Below, piece by piece: positions 57,040-64,000 of a stretch of DNA of 64,000 nt. Source of the DNA: an uncultured Candidatus Saccharibacteria bacterium (GTDB lineage Bacteria > Patescibacteriota > Doudnabacteria > UBA920); NCBI GenBank assembly GCA_964384035.1, contig CAYLIB010000007.1, positions 18,769 to 82,768 of the forward strand, read 5' to 3'. The notes below the pieces were generated by a model. That model searched no databases and was not told the origin of the DNA. It saw only the letters and a program-made list of their open reading frames with translations. Every line of letters starts with the position of its first letter. Within the stretch, counting starts at the first letter, position 1. The position numbers were made by a program, and so were the translations under genes.

Positions 57040-58788
57040 TTACGGGTTTTTATTCTCTATTTCAGTTTTCAATTGTGCAGTAAAGTTGGATATTTCTTTT
57101 GTTCCAAGATCTTCGCCGGTTCTTGCTCTTACCGATAGGTTATTGTCTTGCTCTTCTTTTTCACCGACTATTATTTGATAAGGAATTTTTGACATTGAAG
57201 CTTCGCGGATTTTTTTGCCAACCGATTCACTTCGGTCATCTATCTCTATTCGGAGACTTGGTATGTTATCTTCAAGTTCTTTTTTTATTTTGTTAGCGTA
57301 GTCATTGAATTTGTCGGAAATGGGAAGAATGGCAACTTGAACAGGGGAGAGCCAGAGGGGGAAGTTCCCAGCAGAGTGCTCTATAAATATAGAAAGGAAT
57401 CTTTCTATAGAACCCATAATAGCGGCATGGATCATTACGACTTGCTCGTCTTTGCCTTCTTCGTTTATACAGTTTAAGTTAAAGCGCTGAGGCATATTCA
57501 TATCCATTTGTATGGTTGCGACCTGCCAGCGTCTGCCTATGGAGTCGTGTGCGAGGAAGTCTATTTTTGGTCCGTAAAAAGCGGCTTCACCGGGTACGAT
57601 TTCGGCGTCCGTTTTTCTTTCTTCAACAAGTTCTTTAAGTTGTGCTTCGGCGAATTCCCAGTTTTCACTTGTACCTAAGTATTTTTCTTTTTGTTCTGGG
57701 TCGTGGAAAGAAAGTCGGACTTCCAATTTGAACCCAAAGCTCGTGTAGAAACTCTCTATAATATCCCATACTGCTTCCATTTCCTGTTTTACTTGTGAGC
57801 TTCTGCAGAAAACGTGTGCATCGTCTTGAGCGAATGCTCGTACCCGGGAAAGTCCAGAAAGTTCACCTGTTTGCTCGTCTCTGTAGCAAACCGTGGTGTT
57901 GGCGTACCTTACGGGAAGTTGTTTATATGAATGCGGTTTTCTTGCGTAAATTTGGGTGTGATGAGGACAGTTCATCGGCTTCATTGCGAACTCGTGACCC
58001 TCTCTTGTGGTAATGCGAAATAGTTCGTCTTTAAATTTATCCCAGTGACCGCTGGTTTCATAGAGATCTTTTTTGGTGATGTGAGGGATTTCTACTTTTT
58101 CGTAACCCTTGGCTTTTCTGAGTGACCATACGTAGTCATCCAGTAAGCTTCTTACTAGAGTGCCTTTAGGTGTCCAAAGCGGGAGGCCAGGACCAACCAA
58201 TTCTGAGAAAGTGAAAAGGTCTAGGGCGGGGCCTAGTTTTTTATGGTCTCTTTTTTTTGCTTCCTCGAGCATTTTTATGTATTCATCTAATTCTGCTTTG
58301 GTTTCAAATGCTAATCCGTAAATACGAGTGAGCATCGGGTTTTCAGCATTGCCTCGCCAGTAAGCTCCGGTAATTTTATCTAGTTTCCAACTGCTGGGTA
58401 CTATGTCTTTGAAGTTATCAGTGTGGCCACCCTTGCAAAGGTCCCAGTAGTTACCGGATTTATAGAAACTTACGCTTTCACCGTTCTTTGTAAATTCGTT
58501 AATAAGTTCGTGCTTGTATGGATTATCTGGGTACTCTTTTTTGGCTTCTTCAGCTGTAAGTTCGTGTCTTTCAAATGTTGTCCAACTTTTAGATATTTCT
58601 CTCATTTTCTTCTCGATTCTTTCTAAATCTTTTTCGTTTATCGGTTCAGGGAATTCGAAGTCAAAATAAAATCCGTTGTCGATAGCTGGACCGATGGCGC
58701 GTTTGGTATTGGGCCATAACTCCATTACGGCTGCAGCAAGTAGGTGGGCCAGGGAGTGTCTTTTATGTTGGAGTATTTCGTTTTGCAT
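57040..58788 (-). CDS. thrS: Threonyl-tRNA synthetase lacking the N-terminal TGS (N1) domain
   Basis: 582 aa; starts at the editing-domain HSLAHLL...GPAIDNGFYFDF; class II catalytic and anticodon-binding domains. Confidence 0.9.
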   Translation of the reverse strand: MQNEILQHKRHSLAHLLAAAVMELWPNTKRAIGPAIDNGFYFDFEFPEPINEKDLERIEKKMREISKSWTTFERHELTAEEAKKEYPDNPYKHELINEFTKNGESVSFYKSGNYWDLCKGGHTDNFKDIVPSSWKLDKITGAYWRGNAENPMLTRIYGLAFETKAELDEYIKMLEEAKKRDHKKLGPALDLFTFSELVGPGLPLWTPKGTLVRSLLDDYVWSLRKAKGYEKVEIPHITKKDLYETSGHWDKFKDELFRITTREGHEFAMKPMNCPHHTQIYARKPHSYKQLPVRYANTTVCYRDEQTGELSGLSRVRAFAQDDAHVFCRSSQVKQEMEAVWDIIESFYTSFGFKLEVRLSFHDPEQKEKYLGTSENWEFAEAQLKELVEERKTDAEIVPGEAAFYGPKIDFLAHDSIGRRWQVATIQMDMNMPQRFNLNCINEEGKDEQVVMIHAAIMGSIERFLSIFIEHSAGNFPLWLSPVQVAILPISDKFNDYANKIKKELEDNIPSLRIEIDDRSESVGKKIREASMSKIPYQIIVGEKEEQDNNLSVRARTGEDLGTKEISNFTAQLKTEIENKNP

Positions 58789-58821
58789 AGTTTAATTTTA
58801 GAAGTTAATAAAAATTAAAAC

Positions 58822-59185
58822 CCAGAATTTATTTACCAAAAGTTTGGTAGATAAATTCTGGGGTCTAGTTGTTTGCCAGACGGTTCCAACCCAGATAACT
58901 ATTTTATTAAATTTGTAATCGCTCGCCGAGTGGTAGTCGGGTCTTTGTGATAGGTATATTAGAATATTAAAAGTTTGACCGAAGGAAGTCAAACAAGAGA
59001 AAAAGCCGGCCCGAAATATTTCGAGTCGGCTTTTCCTGTGATCACATTTATAGGTTAATGGTTACGCCAATTTGAGCGGCTGCTTGGGGCAAGCGGAAAT
59101 GCCTAATCTCAACTGACGCCGATTTTTCGAAAATGCCCCAGAGGAGTAGTAGTTGAACCAGGGGCTTTGGGTTCAATTGGCTACC
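58822..59185 (-). promoter_or_regulatory. T-box riboswitch leader of thrS (antiterminator/terminator pair; candidate Stem I with Thr ACU specifier). The 5' boundary is approximate.
   Basis: Minus-sense RNA. A1 UCUGGG (plus 58890-58895) pairs with CCCAGA (58857-58862). The 8-nt bulge UUGGAACC (58882-58889) is equivalent to the T-box UGGNACC. A2 is GUCUGG-CAAACAA-CUAGAC. A 19-bp terminator stem (58822-58861) plus a U-rich tract lies 33 nt before the thrS AUG, and its 5' strand includes CCCAGA. Candidate Stem I at 59130-59181: GAGGAG-[CGGUAGCCAA]-UUGAACC-loop-GGUUCAA-[CUACUA]-CUCCUC. Confidence 0.5.
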
Positions 59186-59595
59186 GCTCCTCTAGCAGGA
59201 GTCTTGCTTGACCGAATAGGGGGGGGCAGCAGACTCCGTAATCCTAGAACGTGTAAATCTTAGCGCGTTCTAGAGAAAATAGTTTATTTACCCAAAGACT
59301 TGCTATAGTACAAACTTACACTCTTCCATAGCAAGGAAACCTGTCTTTGGGTTGTTTGTGCAACCGGGATGCCTGCACTTGTGTGCGGGTTGCGCTTACC
59401 GAAGCTTTTTCGGCAAGTGGTTTCCTGGCAATAAAAAAAGAATTTTTTACTACTAGGAAACCACTTGTAAAACCTATTTTTTTAATGTGTTATACAGGGC
59501 TATTGGGAAACCTATTCAGTGAATCCACAGAAAAGGTTATGCCGTTCTAGCCCCATTATATTAAACTTTTTTTAAATTATGTCAAGGTTTATAGC

Positions 59596-62500
59596 CTATT
59601 TTTCCCCAACCATGCTAACTTCTTTTATTGCGGTTAATTGATCTATTAGATCCATAGAAATTGAAACTCTAGTGTGGGTTTTAATTTTTTTTATTCCTTC
59701 GTCGGTTGTGATATCTAATACAACCTCAGCGTTGCCAGGGAATTTGGTAAGTATTTCTTTTATAGAATTTAGAGTATCTTTGGTTCCGTTTTTGGAGATG
59801 TGGATATGGACTTGTTTTTCTTTTTCCATTTCGCTTAAAGCCATCTGGTAAATTTCATCACTGGGGAGGATCTTTATCGAATCTGCGATTATTTTAAGTT
59901 CCTCATCTTTGTCGTTAAGTTTTCCGGTTAACTCAATTACTCTGTCTACTTCGAGTATTGTTACAACTTGAGCCATTGTTTTTGGAAAAACTATGACTTC
60001 CATACTTCCGGATAAGTCTTCGAGAGTGAAGATTGCCATGGGGTCATTCTTTTTGGTCAACATTTTTTTCATTTTTGAAATCATGCCACCCAGATGGACA
60101 CTTGCCCCTAGAGGTGCATCCTGTAGTGCGTTTATGGAACCGAAATTGCTTAAAACTTTTTTATAATTTTTTAGAGGATGTGAAGTAACGTACATTCCCA
60201 GGTGTTCCTTTTCCCAGGTGAGTTTCTCTTGCTCGGATATTTCCCCTGAGGGTTCTAGTTTGAGCTTTCCAATTTGAAAAGATTTACCGAATAAAGAATT
60301 CTGTCCATCTGTTTTAATTTTAAAATGCTCTCTTAGAAAATCTAGGACTCGCTCTGTGTTGAAAATTAGGTTTCCTCTCTCGCCAAATCTATCTAATGCA
60401 CCTCCTTTTACCAACGCTTCGTATGATTTTTTATTTAAATTTTTGGTATGGCATTTGATTAGAAAATCTTCGAGAGTTTTAAATGGGACTTTTTCCTTTG
60501 TTTCTGATCTTAACTTAATAATTTGTTCTACGACATCGCTACCTAAGTTTTTTATAGCATTTAGACCAAAACGAATAGTGTGTTCATCTACTACTGTAAA
60601 ATCTCCGAAGGATTCATTTACGTCTGGTGGGAGCACTGTAATTTTTAAATTCTTACATTCTTCTACTGCGGCATAAATTTTATCTTCATTGCCACTTTCA
60701 CAGGTCATAACAGAAGCCATAAATTCAACAGGAAAATTAGCTTTCATGTAAGCAGTCTGATAAGAAACTACAGCGTAGCTTGCAGAATGGCTTTTATTGA
60801 AACCATATGCAGCAAAAGGTTCTATCCACGCCCATACTTCTTCCGCCTTATTTTTACTCCACCCTACGGTTTTTACACAACCATCTATAAATTTACCTCT
60901 CTCTTTCGCCATAACTTCCACGTCTTTTTTTCCTACTGCTTTTCTGAACTTATCTACTTCTTCCCAAGTGTAACCTGCGAGGTCATGGGCGATGGTTAAC
61001 AGGTCGTCTTGGTAAACTAAAATACCATAAGTTCTTTGGAGTATTTTTTCCAAAGAAGGGTCTAAATAAGTAATAAGATTAGGATCATGTTTTCTTGCTA
61101 TGAATTGCGGAATGAATTGGAGGGGTCCTGGACGATATAACGCAATCATGGCAGAAAGATCGAAAATATTGGAAGGTCTAAGTTCTTTTAAATAGCGGGT
61201 CATTCCACCTGAGCCAAGTTGAAAGACACCGAAGGTTAAGCCTTTTGAAAGTAATTCAAAGGTAGCTTTGTCTGGGTGGGGGAGATTATAGATATCTATT
61301 TTTTTTCCATGTCTCTTTTCTACTAAATTAACAGCAAGCTCTAGAATACTAAGGTTTCTAATCCCGAGTAAATCCATTTTAATCGCACCGATAGCGTTGC
61401 CTTTAGCGTTCACATCGAGCGAATACATATCGTATTGGGTAATCATCCTTTCTCCGTCAGGTTCTTTTTGGAGAGGAACTATGTCAGTAAGAGGAACCGG
61501 AGTAATGATAATCCCAGCGGCGTGGATAGAGGCGTGTCTGCAGCAACCTTCTAACCGCCTTGCGATGTCGATTATTTTGGTAGTTTCGGGATCTCTTTTA
61601 TAAACTTCTTTTAGCTCGGCCGACATTTCGATTGCTTTGTCTAGTGTCATATGGAAACCTTGTTTGCCGATTGGTATCATTTTGGCTATACGGTCGCATT
61701 TTCCGTATGCGACACCTAGTGCTCTACCAACATCTCTGACTGCTGCTCTAGCCATCATGGTTCCAAATGTAATAATTTGAGCAACTTTGTCCTTACCATA
61801 ACTTTCTGTAATGTATGCAATCGCCTCGTCTCTTTTTACGTCAGAAATATCGAGGTCAATATCGGGAGGGGTAGGGCGGTGCATGGTTAAAAAGCGTTCG
61901 AAAGGAAGCTCATAATATAGTGGGTCTACGTTGGTGATTTCGAGTATGTAACCGACTATGCTACCGGCTGCGGATCCCCTAGTGTTAGTGATTGCACCTA
62001 TTTGATGTGAACCATGAACAATATCTGCTACCATCAAGAAATATGGAGCGAAACCTTTTTTGCATATGATATCTAGTTCGTAATCGATTCTCGTAAGTAT
62101 TTCTTGGGGTATAGTTCCAGCTGCGCCATATTTGGCGAAAGATTTTTCGTGAACTGTATCAGTGAGATGTTCCTCCGCGCTTTTCCCTTCTGGGAGCCTA
62201 ACTTTAGGGAAGTATCTTTGATTTATTGGGATTTCAAGATTGCACATATCAGCAATCTTATTACTGTTCTCGATAGCTTCAGGGATATCTTTAAAAAGTT
62301 CTGTCATTTCCTGTGGTGACCTAAGTGACAGGTCGTGTTGACGCATGTCCAGTCTGTTTGGGTCGTTTACTGTTTTTCCTATTCCGATACAGACCATAAT
62401 GTCCTGAGCTTCTGCGTCTTCTTTATCTATATAGTGAGAGTCTTGAGTTGCGACAACGGGTATATTTTTTCTTTTGGCTAACTCGGCCATTGAATCAAAT

Positions 62501-63060
62501 ATTTTTGCCAACTCCGGATCGGGATTTGCGCTTGTGCGTTGCAGTTCTATATAAAAGTTTTCCTTACCAAAAATATTTAAATATTCTTCTAAGGCTTTTT
62601 CTCCTTCTTTTGTGCTTGCCTGCAATTTCCTACCTATTTCACCTCTTGGGCAACCTGAAAGAGCAATAATTCCCTCGTGGTATTTTTGTAGTAACTCTTT
62701 GTCTACTCTGGGTTTATAGTAAAAACCCTCGGTGTGTGAGAGAGTGGCAAGCATGAGTAGGTTTTGATAACCTTCATAATTTTTGGCTAGTAGGGTTAGG
62801 TGATAGTAGTCGCTATCGATTTTTCCTTCTTTGTCGAATCGGGTGCGAGGGGCCACATAACTTTCCATTCCAATTATTGGTTTTATGCCTGCCTCGTGGC
62901 ATAAGTTGTAAAATTCGACAGCTCCATAAAGTACACCGTGGTCTGTTATGCTGAGTGCGGTCATGCCAAGGTTTTTTGCTTTTTCCACTAAGGGTTCAGG
63001 TTTGCTCAGGCCATCAAGTAATGAGTAGTGGGTGTGACAATGTAAATGAGTGAAATTCAT
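59596..63060 (-). CDS. dnaE: DNA polymerase III alpha subunit
   Basis: 1154 aa; N-terminal PHP domain HLHCHTHYSLLDG; polymerase core; OB fold. Confidence 0.9.
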   Translation of the reverse strand: MNFTHLHCHTHYSLLDGLSKPEPLVEKAKNLGMTALSITDHGVLYGAVEFYNLCHEAGIKPIIGMESYVAPRTRFDKEGKIDSDYYHLTLLAKNYEGYQNLLMLATLSHTEGFYYKPRVDKELLQKYHEGIIALSGCPRGEIGRKLQASTKEGEKALEEYLNIFGKENFYIELQRTSANPDPELAKIFDSMAELAKRKNIPVVATQDSHYIDKEDAEAQDIMVCIGIGKTVNDPNRLDMRQHDLSLRSPQEMTELFKDIPEAIENSNKIADMCNLEIPINQRYFPKVRLPEGKSAEEHLTDTVHEKSFAKYGAAGTIPQEILTRIDYELDIICKKGFAPYFLMVADIVHGSHQIGAITNTRGSAAGSIVGYILEITNVDPLYYELPFERFLTMHRPTPPDIDLDISDVKRDEAIAYITESYGKDKVAQIITFGTMMARAAVRDVGRALGVAYGKCDRIAKMIPIGKQGFHMTLDKAIEMSAELKEVYKRDPETTKIIDIARRLEGCCRHASIHAAGIIITPVPLTDIVPLQKEPDGERMITQYDMYSLDVNAKGNAIGAIKMDLLGIRNLSILELAVNLVEKRHGKKIDIYNLPHPDKATFELLSKGLTFGVFQLGSGGMTRYLKELRPSNIFDLSAMIALYRPGPLQFIPQFIARKHDPNLITYLDPSLEKILQRTYGILVYQDDLLTIAHDLAGYTWEEVDKFRKAVGKKDVEVMAKERGKFIDGCVKTVGWSKNKAEEVWAWIEPFAAYGFNKSHSASYAVVSYQTAYMKANFPVEFMASVMTCESGNEDKIYAAVEECKNLKITVLPPDVNESFGDFTVVDEHTIRFGLNAIKNLGSDVVEQIIKLRSETKEKVPFKTLEDFLIKCHTKNLNKKSYEALVKGGALDRFGERGNLIFNTERVLDFLREHFKIKTDGQNSLFGKSFQIGKLKLEPSGEISEQEKLTWEKEHLGMYVTSHPLKNYKKVLSNFGSINALQDAPLGASVHLGGMISKMKKMLTKKNDPMAIFTLEDLSGSMEVIVFPKTMAQVVTILEVDRVIELTGKLNDKDEELKIIADSIKILPSDEIYQMALSEMEKEKQVHIHISKNGTKDTLNSIKEILTKFPGNAEVVLDITTDEGIKKIKTHTRVSISMDLIDQLTAIKEVSMVGEK

Positions 63061-63922
63061 GAGAAGTTTGGTATACTTTGGATATATGGAATCTTTGATA
63101 AAAGAAAAAGCGAAATATCAGGTAGAGAAATCAGTTTATGAGACTGGTTATGCCTTTATGCAGTTTACTAAGTGGGGCAGGATTCTTTTTTTAGTGTTTT
63201 TGATAGGCATAGTACCTGCATTCGTATTATCTAAGTATATATCAATTGTGTATTTTGACACTGTATATAAGTCTTTGAGGCTAAGCGCAAAACCTAGTAC
63301 TGTGCTTGCTTCACCTTTAACGATTTCACCGGTTGAATTATTTCGGATAACAAACAATATATATTCAGCTAGGGCGGTAATTAAGAATCCTAATTTAGAT
63401 ATTGCAGTTGGTAGTAGTCCTGTAAAGGTGGATTTTTATGATAGCGCAGGTGCGCTTATTTATACAGCTTCAGAGACTTACCATATATTACCTAATGGAG
63501 AATATGATGTCGTTATTCCAAGAATAGAAACTACAAGTGCAATAGTGGATGCAAAAATTAATGCAGAAAATCCTCATTTTCAAAAACGGTTAAATATACC
63601 AAAAGTAGATTTCCAAACACCTACACCTGAGATAATAAATGACGGAAGTGGGGGAGTGGAAATAGAGGGTACCGTTTATAACGGAAGTCCTTTTGCTTTA
63701 AAAAAAGTTTTGTTAAAAATTTATTTGTTTGATGCTTCTAATAAATTGATTGCTGTAAGTAGTCGTGCAGAAAATAGTATGAAACCTTTTGAGAGAAGGA
63801 CATATCATATTGTATGGCCGGCAGGAAGTACTGTTGGGTTGTATCGTGTTGAGACGAAAGCAGATACCAATGTTTTAGACCCAGAAAATCTGCGTTTGTC
63901 CACGGTTTATCAGAATAAATAA
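63050..63922 (+). CDS. Hypothetical membrane-anchored protein (290 aa)
   Basis: One TM (ILFLVFLIGIVPAFVL) then a beta-rich domain; no motif recognised. Confidence 0.4.
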   Translation: MKFMRSLVYFGYMESLIKEKAKYQVEKSVYETGYAFMQFTKWGRILFLVFLIGIVPAFVLSKYISIVYFDTVYKSLRLSAKPSTVLASPLTISPVELFRITNNIYSARAVIKNPNLDIAVGSSPVKVDFYDSAGALIYTASETYHILPNGEYDVVIPRIETTSAIVDAKINAENPHFQKRLNIPKVDFQTPTPEIINDGSGGVEIEGTVYNGSPFALKKVLLKIYLFDASNKLIAVSSRAENSMKPFERRTYHIVWPAGSTVGLYRVETKADTNVLDPENLRLSTVYQNK

Positions 63923-64000
63923 TTATGTTTAGCTTATTTCGAAATTTATCTTATTTCGATGTGCCACTTTTTGTGGCAATGTTGTTAGTTCAAGCATTGG

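Noticed and set aside
58995-59035. Hairpin GCCGACTCGAAATATTTCGGGCCGGC plus T-tract, considered as a separate minus-strand terminator ending an independent ncRNA
   Set aside because: It lies about 200 nt inside the region upstream of thrS, where the T-box antiterminator follows. More parsimonious as an internal stem (Stem II/III region) of the thrS leader, though a tandem attenuator cannot be excluded.
59075-59128. GGGGCA...TGCCCC hairpin considered as a tRNA or tRNA-like domain of tmRNA
   Set aside because: The closed stem spans only 54 nt, with no D-arm or T-arm (no GTTCRANYC) and no CCA context, so it is too short for a tRNA. More likely a T-box leader stem.
58950-59500. RNase P RNA, tmRNA or SRP RNA assignment for the structured region
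   Set aside because: Partial words (GGTTACGCC, GGTAAGCGCAACC, GGAAGTCAAAC) recalled RNase P conserved regions, but P4 strands could not be paired and GGAAGTCAAAC is part of a simple local hairpin. No tmRNA tag-peptide ORF or acceptor and no SRP domain IV motif were found. Left unassigned.
59347-59550. 67-aa plus-strand ORF (MGCLCNRDACTC...)
   Set aside because: Lies entirely within the GC-rich hairpin-dense non-coding region; its Cys/Arg richness reflects GC-rich stems; no RBS.
1-64000. CRISPR arrays, rRNA genes, canonical tRNAs, transposase or integrase genes
   Set aside because: No array of 25-40-nt direct repeats with unique spacers was seen, no rRNA-like conserved blocks, no cloverleaf candidates, and no ORF with DDE or tyrosine-recombinase motifs. 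The repeats present are short intergenic elements without coding capacity.

Overview
This is a low-GC (about 40%) bacterial window, densely packed with small genes of mixed orientation. It looks like a reduced-genome, Patescibacteria/CPR-like lineage, but that is inference only. Features supported from sequence: a partial 732-aa protein with three tandem fibronectin type III repeats; gatCAB; a sugar salvage cluster (GH1 beta-glucosidase, DMT transporter, GH5-like hydrolase, ROK kinase); miaA, holB, a BNR-repeat lipoprotein, frr, rseP and proS; the mreB-mreC-mreD-mrdA(PBP2) cell-shape cluster; folD and greA; lysS (with a C-terminal extension) and serS; MurF-like and FtsQ-like genes; an archaeal-type UMP kinase; a membrane glycosylation cluster (two GT-C PMT/ArnT-like enzymes, a processive GT2, a WecA/MraY-family transferase); rplU, recR, dnaB, cysS, a LOG-family gene, a Kef-type antiporter; a 3.6-kb block of orphan genes that includes a GC-rich, codon-atypical 474-aa ORF; two tandem adenylate kinase paralogs; map, a NUDIX hydrolase, a GlgC-like nucleotidyltransferase, rarA, thrS and dnaE. 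The most interesting non-coding signal is a textbook T-box antiterminator/terminator immediately upstream of thrS, with a candidate Thr (ACU) specifier loop. There are also at least three families of repeated intergenic elements: (1) an approximately 240-bp family with three copies, (2) an 85-bp hairpin element of MITE-like type found just upstream of proS and of recR, and (3) two related elements flanking gatC. Separately there is a 154-bp near-perfect palindrome after greA. No CRISPR array, rRNA or canonical tRNA was recognised. Everything is read by eye from sequence and ORF translations; family assignments come from remembered motifs and were not searched against databases.
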